Of a stretch of 64,000 nucleotides of DNA, positions 9,665 through 18,565 are shown piece after piece. The notes beneath the pieces are model-generated. The model saw nothing but the letters and a program-made list of their open reading frames with translations, made no database searches and was not told the DNA's origin. The DNA is from an uncultured Chthoniobacteraceae bacterium (GTDB lineage: Bacteria; Verrucomicrobiota; Verrucomicrobiia; Chthoniobacterales; DYNR01): assembly GCA_964595865.1 (NCBI GenBank), contig CAZQRL010000006.1, positions 71,738 through 135,737 on the forward strand. Direction: 5' to 3'. The stretch's first letter is position 1, and every line of letters begins with the position of its first letter. Both the position numbers and the translations under genes were made by a program.

Positions 9665-9945
9665 CAGGAGTCCTTCTTTTTGCTTTTGAACATCCGCAGC
9701 ATGCGGTCGGTAACGACATAGCCTCCGACGACGTTCGTCGTTGCCAAAGCCACAGCGAGGATGCCGAGCACAGTCGCCAAGACGCTATTTCCGGCATGCC
9801 CGGCGGCCAGCAGGGCTCCGACGATGGTGATCCCCGAGATGGCATTCGACCCCGACATAAGCGGCGTGTGCAGTTGCGACGGCACCTTGTTGATCAGCTC
9901 GAAGCCGAGGAAAATCGAGAGCACGAAGACAAAGAGCAGGAGCAT
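9664..9945 (-). CDS. pntAB: NAD(P) transhydrogenase alpha subunit part 2
   Basis: KVPSQLHTPLMSGSNAISGI...NVVGGYVVTDRML. Confidence 0.95.
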   Translation of the reverse strand: MLLLFVFVLSIFLGFELINKVPSQLHTPLMSGSNAISGITIVGALLAAGHAGNSVLATVLGILAVALATTNVVGGYVVTDRMLRMFKSKKKDS

Positions 9946-9954
9946 GGCGGGAAA

Positions 9955-11118
9955 TCAGGTTGTGCCAGAAGTGAGCAGTTCTCGCACCCGTGGGGAGACG
10001 ATTTCCCCGCCTCGGGTTACCACGGCGCTGCGGGCGATTTCGTCCTCTGGCGCCAGGGTCAGGCCGGATTCCGCGTGCCAAAAGTGGCTGATGAGATTCG
10101 CGATATTGGCCGAGAGGGCCAAGCTGGCATCGCGGGGATGGTGACAAGGCAGATTGCCTGCTCCGAGAATGCGCACTCCATGACGTATCGTCTCCTGATT
10201 AGGCACACTGCCTTCGACGTTTCCCCCGGTGCCGACAGCGAGATCTAGCACCACACTCCCGGGACGCATTCCGGCAACCATGGAGTCCGTTATTAGGCGG
10301 GGCGCGGGCCGACCGAAGACTTGTGCGGTCGTAATGACGACATCCGATTCGGCGCAGGCTTTGGCCATGCCGACTTGTTGCAGGGATATTTGTTCGGGGG
10401 TGAGCTCTTTGGCGTAGCCCTGCTCGGTTTGCCCGGTTTCCCCAAGCTGGATTTTTAAGAAACGCGCGCCCAAGGACTTGACCTGTTCTTCAACCGTGGG
10501 TCGGGTATCGAAGGCGGTCACGCGTGCCCCGAGGCGCTTGGCGGTGGCAATCGCCTGTAAACCAGCCACCCCCACCCCGATCACCAAAACTTTGGCCGGT
10601 TGCAGAGTGCCAGCCGGGGTCATCATCATGGGAAAGATTTTATCCAGGCGGTTGGCCGCAAGCAGCACGGCCGCGTAACCGGCCAAGCTGGCCTGGGAGC
10701 TGAGGGCATCCATTTTTTGCGCCAGGGTGGTGCGAGGAATCAGCTCCAGGCTCACGCTTTGCAGGCCAGCCTGGCGCAGACCTTCGACTTCCTCAAAGTG
10801 GCTGAATGGGTCCAAAAAGCTGATGGTCGTGGCAGAGGTCTTGAGCCGCGCGAGATCTTCGGCTGGGGGGCAATGGACGGCGATGAGCACATCGGCCACC
10901 CGCAGGCCCTGTTCGCGTGTCGGCACCACCGTGACTCCGGCGGCCGCGTAGTCGGTGTCGGTAAACCCAGCATTCTGTCCGGCCCCGCTTTCCACCCCGA
11001 CCTCCAATCCCAAGGAAATGAGTTTGCGTGCGCTTTCAGGAGTGAGAGCAACCCGTGTCTCCACAGCTCCGGACTCCCTGAGGCAAAAAAGCACCCCTTT
11101 GGCAGACTGCGCGGACAT
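9955..11118 (-). CDS. pntAA: NAD(P) transhydrogenase alpha subunit part 1
   Basis: ETRVALTPE, AQKMDALSSQ, VIGVGVAGLQAIATAKRLGA, VVLDLAVGTGGNVE. Confidence 0.95.
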   Translation of the reverse strand: MSAQSAKGVLFCLRESGAVETRVALTPESARKLISLGLEVGVESGAGQNAGFTDTDYAAAGVTVVPTREQGLRVADVLIAVHCPPAEDLARLKTSATTISFLDPFSHFEEVEGLRQAGLQSVSLELIPRTTLAQKMDALSSQASLAGYAAVLLAANRLDKIFPMMMTPAGTLQPAKVLVIGVGVAGLQAIATAKRLGARVTAFDTRPTVEEQVKSLGARFLKIQLGETGQTEQGYAKELTPEQISLQQVGMAKACAESDVVITTAQVFGRPAPRLITDSMVAGMRPGSVVLDLAVGTGGNVEGSVPNQETIRHGVRILGAGNLPCHHPRDASLALSANIANLISHFWHAESGLTLAPEDEIARSAVVTRGGEIVSPRVRELLTSGTT

Positions 11119-11176
11119 GCAAGTCTCTTTAGATTTCGTGCTTTTTCTGGTCAAGCATGCTTCGCTTCCGCAGCAA

Positions 11177-11217
11177 GAAAAAATTGGGGCACGCCCCTTG
11201 CATCAGGACGTGCCCCA
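11177..11217 (-). terminator. Rho-independent terminator of the Cys-rich peptide gene
   Basis: Minus strand TGGGGCACG...CGTGCCCCA stem followed by ATTTTTT, about 22 nt after the stop at 11239. Confidence 0.7.
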
Positions 11218-11238
11218 GGATTTGGCTTCTGCTAGCGC

Positions 11239-11379
11239 TTATTCGCAGCAGGATTTGCAATCTCCCTTGCAGCACTCTACGCATTTGCCTTTGCAGCATT
11301 CGGCGCAGGGCTTTTTGTTTTCCGCTTGGGCAGAGAAGCTCCACCCGAGGGCTAACAAGGCGATGAGAAGTGATTTCAT
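11239..11379 (-). CDS. 46-aa secreted Cys-rich peptide (metallothionein-like)
   Basis: MKSLLIALLALGWSFSAQA signal, then ENKKPCAECCKGKCVECCKGDCKSCCE (9 Cys, three CxxCC units). Confidence 0.7.
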   Translation of the reverse strand: MKSLLIALLALGWSFSAQAENKKPCAECCKGKCVECCKGDCKSCCE

Positions 11380-11398
11380 GGTCATTCTTTCATTGCTA

Positions 11399-11460
11399 AG
11401 GTTTGACGCGGGTTTCAGAGGAGTCCGGAAAGGACTCCCCCCAACTGCGGAGTCAAACCT
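11399..11460. other. Nested inverted-repeat element (candidate structured leader RNA)
   Basis: Outer AGGTTTGAC/GTCAAACCT (9 bp) encloses inner GGAGTCC-GGAAA-GGACTCC hairpin. Confidence 0.45.
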
Positions 11461-11851
11461 GGCAACGCGGAGGCGGAAACGGAGGAGCTTCCGAACGGCT
11501 GGGGCCACGAAAATTTTCCGAGCCGTAACTCACTCCGTTGAATCCCGGAGTGGGTGTCTTAGGCGAGGTTTGCGCCAAAGTAGCAACCAGGTGCTGGGCC
11601 GGAGCCGCACAAGCGGCCGAAACCGGGCAGCCGCAGGTTATCGGTTGAGTTCCGCTCGAGCCATGGGAAACGGAACACGCCTCCTCACAGCAGCAGTTTG
11701 CAGATGGGGCGGCTGGGGCGGAAATCGGAGAACCGGCAAAAACCATGCTGACGAAGAGCGCGAAAATCCCCGGGCAGGCCAGCCAAGCGGAGCTCTGCCG
11801 TCTTGCGGCTGAGGGGGCATTGCGTGTGGTTCTGAAATCCATCTCCACCAT
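11453..11851 (-). CDS. Small exported Cys-rich hypothetical protein
   Basis: Hydrophobic segment, then CCCEEAC...CGC...C and a Pro-rich APP C-terminus. Start uncertain. Confidence 0.45.
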   Translation of the reverse strand: MVEMDFRTTRNAPSAARRQSSAWLACPGIFALFVSMVFAGSPISAPAAPSANCCCEEACSVSHGSSGTQPITCGCPVSAACAAPAQHLVATLAQTSPKTPTPGFNGVSYGSENFRGPSRSEAPPFPPPRCQV

Positions 11852-11910
11852 GAAATCTACACTCTAAGCCGAAAATTAGCAAATGCCTCGACGCGGAAAT
11901 CTTTTGGGAT

Positions 11911-13116
11911 TTGCATTTCGCGTTTGACCTCCCCCCACGTCGGGCTCAGCTTTCTGCTGTGGAACAGCCTCTGCGAATTTTGGCGGCAGTAACAATCGGG
12001 TGGGTATTCGCCGCCCCTTTCGCCGCTGCGGCAACTTATCCGCAAATCCTCGACCCCAGCCTTCTCAGCCAAGCGCCGTATTCTTCTGCCGGGGTCGTGG
12101 CCACGAACTATGGGGAAGGCAGCGGAGCTGTGGCGCGCGACCCCAAATTAATTTACAGCTGTGCGCATCTTGTCTTCGACCGCGGACGCTGGGCCAGCAG
12201 CTTTCGTTTTGCCCGGGCTTATCATAGCCAGAACCAGCCACGGTCTTCAGCTTATGCCACGGCCCGCGGCTACCGCTATTTCTCCAGCTATGCGGGCACG
12301 GAGCGGAACTCCGATTTTGCCGTGGATTTCATTATCGCCTATGGCAGTGCTTCGACGAATTTCGGTCCGGCGGTTCCCGTATTGGCCCCCGGCGATGCGG
12401 ATCTCATGAGCAGCGCGAGCAAAATGATTTTGGGGTATCCGGGGGAAATTGACCACACCGGAGAAGAAGGCTCGTATCATCAGCGGATTACCGGTCCCTT
12501 CACGCTGCCTTTCACCCGGGTTCTCAAAGCTTTTCTGGAAGTGGTCGATGTATCCACCGGACCTGGAAATAGTGGCGGACCGGTGCTGGTTTGGAAAAAC
12601 GGCAGCTACCATCTTGCCGGGGTGCTGGTTGCCGGCACCTACAATTCCGCCGGGATCTTCGCTCTCAATAGTGCCGCCGAGAGGATGGCTTCCGATGCCC
12701 TCACGGCTTCCAGCGCCGCCTCCCCTACCCCCGACCCAAATAATCCCGCGCGCCAAATCACCGTTACCAACGATCGGGCTACACTGTTGCCCGACGGGCG
12801 TGGTTCCATCCGTCGCAACTTGCCGGTGCGACGTCAGGGAAAAGTAACCACTGCCGTGACCTTGGATTTGCAAGTCGAGGCCGAATACCAAGGCGACTTG
12901 GAAATCTGGTTGCGCAGCCCCCGTGGACGCGTCCATTGGATTACGGAGCCTGCTGAGGATAATGACGACACCGACATCAACCTCACCGGAGAAAATCTCA
13001 CGCCGGTTTTTGATGGCTACAATCCGAATGGCACCTGGGCACTGTTTCTGGCCGATCGCTTTCGCGAGGACCGGGCGCGTTTTGTTCGGGCCAGCCTAAA
13101 CATCGCCTCGCAGTAA
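11911..13116 (+). CDS. Secreted trypsin-like serine protease with C-terminal proprotein-convertase P-domain
   Basis: SCAHL (His), DFAV (Asp), GPGNSGGPV (Ser); C-terminal YQGDLEIWLRSP...NGTWALFLAD. Confidence 0.8.
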   Translation: MHFAFDLPPRRAQLSAVEQPLRILAAVTIGWVFAAPFAAAATYPQILDPSLLSQAPYSSAGVVATNYGEGSGAVARDPKLIYSCAHLVFDRGRWASSFRFARAYHSQNQPRSSAYATARGYRYFSSYAGTERNSDFAVDFIIAYGSASTNFGPAVPVLAPGDADLMSSASKMILGYPGEIDHTGEEGSYHQRITGPFTLPFTRVLKAFLEVVDVSTGPGNSGGPVLVWKNGSYHLAGVLVAGTYNSAGIFALNSAAERMASDALTASSAASPTPDPNNPARQITVTNDRATLLPDGRGSIRRNLPVRRQGKVTTAVTLDLQVEAEYQGDLEIWLRSPRGRVHWITEPAEDNDDTDINLTGENLTPVFDGYNPNGTWALFLADRFREDRARFVRASLNIASQ

Positions 13117-13128
13117 TTCGCCTTTGCG

Positions 13129-14355
13129 ATGGGGCAACCATCCCGGCCGAACTCCGCACGATTGCGCCTGCGCTTCGCGCTGGCCGGATTGGCTTTGGCA
13201 GTTCTTTTGCCTTTTCTTTGGTGGTTTTTTCGCGCCCCGCTCGCGCAGAGTGCTCCGGAGCGCCCCGCAAGCCAGCTTCGCAAATCTACCCAAACACCGG
13301 AGAGTGGACCTCCCGCGACGGACGATTCTGCTGCGAAAAAGCCGAACGCCATCACGCCCTCGGCAGATCTGCAAGAAGTCGCGCGACTGCGCCTGCTCCT
13401 GGCGGACCTAGTCAGTCGCTGGGAATCTTTTCCTGATTCTCCAGCACTGCTTGCGGAGACCGCAGCCCTGCATCAGCAACTGCTGGAAGCAGATCCGGTG
13501 AGTGGAGCAGCGGCGATTATCGCGGAATTGCGTTCCGGTGTGAACCGCGAAACTGGGTTGCCTTTTCTGGTCGGTCCGGAGGGAGTTCTGGATGCCGCTC
13601 CAACATGGAGAACCACCTTGCTGGATTGGCTCGGGCAGATGGATCCGCGCCAAGCGGCGGCCTATAGCCGGGAAATTCTCCAAACCACCAACTCCGCCGA
13701 CGAATATGCTTTGGCTCTGCGGAACTTGGTTTGGGCTATGCCCCCTCCCCTGGCTACGGCGGAGATCGCAGGCTACCTGCAAAACTTGCTGGACCGCTCG
13801 GACTGGCGAGCGAACCCTTCCGCCGGATATCTGGAGGCTTTCGATATTGCCTTGGAGCTGGGGGAAACCGGCTTGCAGCAAATGCTCGGGGCGCTGCGGA
13901 GTGCTGCGCCAGGCGAAAGTGTCGCCGATCGCGCGGTGGAGCACGCAGCCTTCGTGGCTTTGGACCGGCTCCTCCTGCGCGACCCCGCTTTGTTCGTCCG
14001 CACCATGGAAAAATCTCCCGAGCTGCTCCGCGACCTTCCTGATCACCGGGCCTCCTTGTATTCTCGCTTGGATGTGCGGCAGCCTCAGCAAGCCAGGTTT
14101 CTCGAGAGCTACCTCCGCCAAACTCCTCCAGATAGCCCCGAAATGCTCTATTTTTTCAGCATTTTTCCCAATCCCAACCGCTTTGTAAATCATCGCCTGG
14201 TATCCCAATCCAGCGCGGAACGTCCGACGGAGCCGATGGTCGAGGTGGACCGGGCGGTCATCGAACGGGCCAAACAATGGCTCGGCAATCCGGAGTTGGC
14301 TCCCCAACACGAAAATCTGCGTTTTCTCATTCTCCGTCTGCAGGAATTTTTGTAA
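13129..14355 (+). CDS. Membrane-anchored helical (HEAT-like) hypothetical protein
   Basis: N-terminal TM, low-complexity linker, long amphipathic-helix region; 12 nt after the protease gene. Confidence 0.65.
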   Translation: MGQPSRPNSARLRLRFALAGLALAVLLPFLWWFFRAPLAQSAPERPASQLRKSTQTPESGPPATDDSAAKKPNAITPSADLQEVARLRLLLADLVSRWESFPDSPALLAETAALHQQLLEADPVSGAAAIIAELRSGVNRETGLPFLVGPEGVLDAAPTWRTTLLDWLGQMDPRQAAAYSREILQTTNSADEYALALRNLVWAMPPPLATAEIAGYLQNLLDRSDWRANPSAGYLEAFDIALELGETGLQQMLGALRSAAPGESVADRAVEHAAFVALDRLLLRDPALFVRTMEKSPELLRDLPDHRASLYSRLDVRQPQQARFLESYLRQTPPDSPEMLYFFSIFPNPNRFVNHRLVSQSSAERPTEPMVEVDRAVIERAKQWLGNPELAPQHENLRFLILRLQEFL

Positions 14356-14379
14356 AACGATCTGTTCAACAAATCCCGC

Positions 14380-15408
14380 ATGCCTACTCTCTCAGATGTC
14401 GCCCGCGCTGCCGGAGTCTCTGTTGCTACAGCCTCCCTGGCTTTGCGTGGTCGCGGAAGAGTCGGGCAGGAAACGGCCCATCGCATTCGCAAAGTGGCTG
14501 ACGAGCTGGGCTATGTGCCGAACCCCCTGCTGGCCTCCCTGGCCACCCGCAGGTTTCGTTCTCAACAATCCATCGAGGGCACTCCCCTGGCTATTTTGGA
14601 ATTCTCGCAAAATCTCCCCCGTAACTCCGCAGGAGCTCTGAGCCACTACTCGCGGGATATGGAACCCTTTGCACGCCAGCTAGGCTACTCGCCCAGCATC
14701 TATCGCCTGGATAACAACTCCCCGACGGCGCCGCTCTTTCGGGAGCTCTACCATCGCATGGTGCAGGGAGTCGTGGTTGTCGGTAGCATGGATATGGATA
14801 AATTCGGCGCCAGGATGCCGTGGGAGCATTTCCCGGTGGTGGCCTGTGCCCGCTTTGCCCACTCCCTGCCTTTCCACACCGTTCGCCCCAACATCTTCCA
14901 GGGCATCAAAACGGTTTTTGATCAGTTGCGTGCCCGAGGTTACAAGCGGATTGGCTTCGCACTCGGACAACACAGTCCTCCGATCGAAGACGACGAGGCT
15001 CGGCACGGTGCCGCGATTGCATTGGTCAACAATTACCTCGGCAAAGCCGATCGCATCGCCCCGTATTCCGGCTCCATCGAAGATCTGGATGGATTCCTGC
15101 GATGGTGTAAAAAAACTCAGCCCGAGGTTGTCGTGGGCTTCAGCGAAGGAAACTACTGGAAACTACGAGATGCGGGTTTGGCCATTCCCCAGGATATCGG
15201 GTTCGCTTGTTTGCATTTGGACACTCCGGAGGGCAGCAAAGGACTTAGCGGAGTCTATCAAAACCGCCAAGAAATCGCCCGGCAAACCATCTTGCAGCTC
15301 GACCAGCTCATTCGCAATCGCGAGCGTGGTCTGCCGGCCCTCCCCCTGCACATTCTCGTGCCCTCCCAGTGGGTGGAAGGACAAAGTCTCCGCCCCCCGC
15401 CGACGTAG
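14380..15408 (+). CDS. LacI-family transcriptional regulator
   Basis: MPTLSDVARAAGVSVATASLALRG HTH, ELGYVPN, periplasmic-binding-type C-terminus. Confidence 0.9.
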   Translation: MPTLSDVARAAGVSVATASLALRGRGRVGQETAHRIRKVADELGYVPNPLLASLATRRFRSQQSIEGTPLAILEFSQNLPRNSAGALSHYSRDMEPFARQLGYSPSIYRLDNNSPTAPLFRELYHRMVQGVVVVGSMDMDKFGARMPWEHFPVVACARFAHSLPFHTVRPNIFQGIKTVFDQLRARGYKRIGFALGQHSPPIEDDEARHGAAIALVNNYLGKADRIAPYSGSIEDLDGFLRWCKKTQPEVVVGFSEGNYWKLRDAGLAIPQDIGFACLHLDTPEGSKGLSGVYQNRQEIARQTILQLDQLIRNRERGLPALPLHILVPSQWVEGQSLRPPPT

Positions 15409-15434
15409 GTCCATCCCCGGAGTCGCGTTGGCGA

Positions 15435-15980
15435 TCAATTCCACATCGGATTATCCGGAGCAGCGGCGAGCAGGCGAAGGCTGGGATTGATGGAGGACAA
15501 AAGCTCTCTCCAGGTCTCCGGAGTTTGCCGGGCGGAAAAAAAGAAGGGCTGTGGCGGCAAAACGAACCAGGATTTTTCCTGAATTTCCTTCTCTAGCTGC
15601 CCCGGGGACCAACCCGAATGTCCGATGAATAATCGCAGGTCGGACCACCAGGAGTCCGGAACCTCCCGGAATCCCTCCGGAAAGGCCCGCACTTCGGGCC
15701 CACCGACTTCCGGGTTCCACCGCATACCTAGAAGCAATGGCTCCGCAAGGGCTACCGGTCCGCCATAATGCACCTGCAGCTCATTCCAAGGTCCTGACCC
15801 AACAAGTTCACCGACCGTAGTGCCGATTGGCCGATTCAAAACCAACCCCATGGCCCCCTCCGTCGGCGAGTGTTGCCGCAGCCAGAGGATGGTGCGCCGA
15901 AAGTGCGGGTCCAGGAGCCCCGGGGTGGCGACTAGCATCCATCCGGTAAGATTTTGGGGAGGAGTAGGAGCTTCTGCCAT
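15435..15980 (-). CDS. YqgE/AlgH-family protein
   Basis: LVATPGLLDPHFRRT, GAMGLVLNRP, YGGPV, FIGHSGWSPGQLEKEI, APDNPMWN. Confidence 0.9.
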   Translation of the reverse strand: MAEAPTPPQNLTGWMLVATPGLLDPHFRRTILWLRQHSPTEGAMGLVLNRPIGTTVGELVGSGPWNELQVHYGGPVALAEPLLLGMRWNPEVGGPEVRAFPEGFREVPDSWWSDLRLFIGHSGWSPGQLEKEIQEKSWFVLPPQPFFFSARQTPETWRELLSSINPSLRLLAAAPDNPMWN

Positions 15981-16042
15981 GGGTTGAAGATTTCCCAGAG
16001 TCCCTGCCTTGTCAATCGGCCGCCGAAGGCGAACTGAGCTTC

Positions 16043-17113
16043 TCAGAGCCAGCGCTTGCGGCGGAAGAATATGAACATCGCCGTCGTGATCGTCAGAGAG
16101 ACACCCCAGAAAAAGAGGTAGCCATAGGGCCAGCGCAGCTCGGGCATGTTCAGCGGGCTGTCGGTGTCAAAATTCATTCCATAGACCCCGGCCAAAAAAG
16201 TCAGGGGGATGAAAAAAGTGCTCACCAAGGTGAGGATGCGCATGATTTCGTTCGTCCGGATGCCCACGCTGGAAATGTAGACATCCATCAGCCCGGCGCA
16301 GAGGTCCCGGTAATTCTCCACCATATCAATCAACTGCGTGGTGTGGTCGTAACAATCCCGCAGGAAAATGTGCGTCGAGGGTTGGATGAGTCCGCTTTCA
16401 TCCCGCAGCATGGAACTGAAGACTTCTCGGTGAGGCCAGATCACCCGCCGAACTTGCAGCAGCAGGCGTTTGATTTCATAAAGTTTGCGCAAGGTTTCTC
16501 GTGTCGGTTTGGCGAGCAGGAGTTCTTCGATCTCCGCCAAAGCATCGCCCAAGACCTCCAGAACCGGGTAGTTATTATCCACAAGCGCATCGAGTATCGC
16601 GTAGGCCAGATAATCACTCTTTTGCAAACGGATTTGCCCGTGGCCGGAACGAATTCGCTCCCGGATGCGTTCAAACAAGTCCTCGCCCCCTTCCTCCTGC
16701 AGCGAGATGACAAAATGCTCACCAACGAAAAGGCTCAGCTGCTCGGTATCCAGCTCTTGGTTATTTTCGAAGTAAATCATCGCGCTGATGATGAAGAGAT
16801 GGTGTCCGTGGTGCTCCATCTTGGGCCGGTGGGCGGTATTGAGCACATCCTCCAAAGTCAGCGGGTGCAGGCGAAACTTCCGCCCCAAAGCCTCCAACAG
16901 TTCGAGATCGCCCAAGCCTTGAACATCAATCCAGTTGATCCGTTGCGGGCAGTAGGCCTCCTCCAAAGCAGCAAAATCGGCCACTGTGACCTCGCTAAAG
17001 CCGTTCTCATCGTAGCTTATGAGCCGAATCCGCGGAGGGGCTGCGGCCACGGGGTTGCGGTTGAGCAGCGTGGCGGGAGGAGTTCCGGGCAGATGATAGG
17101 AAAAGCGGAACAT
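16043..17113 (-). CDS. corA: Magnesium/cobalt transporter CorA
   Basis: LHPLTLEDV, RTNEIMRILT, FIPLTFLAGVYGMNF, MPELRWPYGY. Confidence 0.95.
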   Translation of the reverse strand: MFRFSYHLPGTPPATLLNRNPVAAAPPRIRLISYDENGFSEVTVADFAALEEAYCPQRINWIDVQGLGDLELLEALGRKFRLHPLTLEDVLNTAHRPKMEHHGHHLFIISAMIYFENNQELDTEQLSLFVGEHFVISLQEEGGEDLFERIRERIRSGHGQIRLQKSDYLAYAILDALVDNNYPVLEVLGDALAEIEELLLAKPTRETLRKLYEIKRLLLQVRRVIWPHREVFSSMLRDESGLIQPSTHIFLRDCYDHTTQLIDMVENYRDLCAGLMDVYISSVGIRTNEIMRILTLVSTFFIPLTFLAGVYGMNFDTDSPLNMPELRWPYGYLFFWGVSLTITTAMFIFFRRKRWL

Positions 17114-17296
17114 AGTTCGGAGCCTGCCAAATCCCCGCCTGCGCTCAAGCTGGAAAAACCAACCACGGAATTTTCTGCGGCTGAACTTTTGGCCTGGGGA
17201 GTGCCCCCCTCAATTGCGCCAACCCAGAAAAACTCCCTTACGGCCCTGGACGGTTTCGCAGGCCGAAAGTTAAGAAATTCCGCACTTTGGGCCGCT

Positions 17297-17743
17297 CTAG
17301 CGCTCGGGTAAGCTCAGTCCCTCAAGGCGGGCTAGCACTCGTTGATCGCTGTCGAAGGTCAAAATCCCCTCGCAGCCAAGTTGCAGGGCCGTTGCCACAT
17401 GCAGGATATCGGCCAAGCGGAAGCCTCCGTTTTCGGTATGTTTCGCGCTGAGAATTTCTGCCGTGGTGTGCACTTCTGGCCAGTTGGGCATGAGAAACCG
17501 AAAAAGCCCGGTTTGGGTGTCGCGCTGGAATAGACTCAGCACCCGGGTGCCCTCCTCTTTGGAAATCCCGAGGCTTCGATCTGCCACGTTTTGGCGAACC
17601 TGCAAACGAATCGCTTGACGGAATTCAAACCCGACCAATGAGGAAAGCACGATCCTGCCATGATTTAATTCAGAGAAAAAAATCGCTTGTTCGGTCCAGA
17701 TTTCTTTTCGGTAAAGGACGCAAAAAAAACGAAGTGTCAGCAA
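17297..17743 (-). CDS. PIN-domain (VapC-like) toxin
   Basis: FEFRQAIRL...RLADILHVATALQLGCEGILTFDSDQRVLA. True start uncertain. Confidence 0.75.
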   Translation of the reverse strand: MLTLRFFCVLYRKEIWTEQAIFFSELNHGRIVLSSLVGFEFRQAIRLQVRQNVADRSLGISKEEGTRVLSLFQRDTQTGLFRFLMPNWPEVHTTAEILSAKHTENGGFRLADILHVATALQLGCEGILTFDSDQRVLARLEGLSLPER

Positions 17744-17749
17744 ACCAGT

Positions 17750-18010
17750 TCATCCCTGCTGACTTTCCAGCTCATAGGCTTTCATGCGCGCGACCTCTTC
17801 CTCGGAGAAAAAACGCTCGCCCCAGATCTCCTGCAATCGAGCCCTGAAATCCGGCAAAGGAGGCAGAGTTCTCGACAGCGGCGCCGACGGCACCGTTAAC
17901 AAAGCCACCGGCTTGCCTCTGCGGCGGATCTCCACCGTTTCTCCCTCAGCCAGCCAAGCCTCCAGTTTCGGGAAATTGTTTCGTAAGCCTCGCAGCGTCG
18001 CTGTTCTCAT
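17750..18010 (-). CDS. Phd/YefM-family antitoxin
   Basis: MRTATLRGLRNNFPKLEAWLAEGETVEIRRRGKPVALL directly upstream of the PIN gene. Confidence 0.85.
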   Translation of the reverse strand: MRTATLRGLRNNFPKLEAWLAEGETVEIRRRGKPVALLTVPSAPLSRTLPPLPDFRARLQEIWGERFFSEEEVARMKAYELESQQG

Positions 18011-18070
18011 AGGGGACAAACCATGTCCACATTTTCCGGCTGTCAAACTCGCGGCCGGTTGGCGCAAATT

Positions 18071-18520
18071 TCAGCGATGGCTTTGCCTCGGGTTATCCAC
18101 CAAAAAATCCAGGGTGCAAGCGTCTTGGATGCCGTGGAAAAACGCCTCGAGAACTTCATGAAAGACCGATTCCGATGAAGAAAGGGCGGCAAATAAGGTC
18201 ATCGAGGAGCAAAGTTTCCGGTCATCGGGGTAACCGAAAATCTCCACAGCCGATCGGCTCCTCTGGGCAAGCACCAGCTCGGCACATTGCCGCAAGCGTG
18301 CCCCCAGCACCGCATGCGCAAGATAAGCCTCCGCCTCGGCCCGGGAGCCAATCGCAAAAAAGCGTGCCTTGGCACTAAATCCCAGCCCAGCCACTTGTGG
18401 GAAAACAAACCACATCCAATGCGTCTCCTTGCGCCCTCGCCGGAGCTCTTCCAGCACGCTCTCGATTACGGGCCGCTGTGCTTCCTCAAAGCGTGACAGA
18501 TTGTAGGGATCCTCAATCAT
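18071..18520 (-). CDS. DUF1810-family protein
   Basis: DPYNLSRFEEAQ, GRKETHWMWFVFPQVAGLG, HAVLGARLRQC, IFGYPDDRKLCSSMTLF. Confidence 0.9.
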   Translation of the reverse strand: MIEDPYNLSRFEEAQRPVIESVLEELRRGRKETHWMWFVFPQVAGLGFSAKARFFAIGSRAEAEAYLAHAVLGARLRQCAELVLAQRSRSAVEIFGYPDDRKLCSSMTLFAALSSSESVFHEVLEAFFHGIQDACTLDFLVDNPRQSHR

Positions 18521-18565
18521 TTCAGCACACCACGCACTCGAAGTGGATACGCTTTTCCCTGCCGC

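Noticed and set aside
8288-11118. Split pntA as an unusual feature
   Set aside because: The three-gene pntAA/pntAB/pntB arrangement is well known.
17114-17296. Mg2+ (M-box) riboswitch upstream of corA
   Set aside because: I could not find the conserved M-box sequence blocks; an Rfam scan would settle it.
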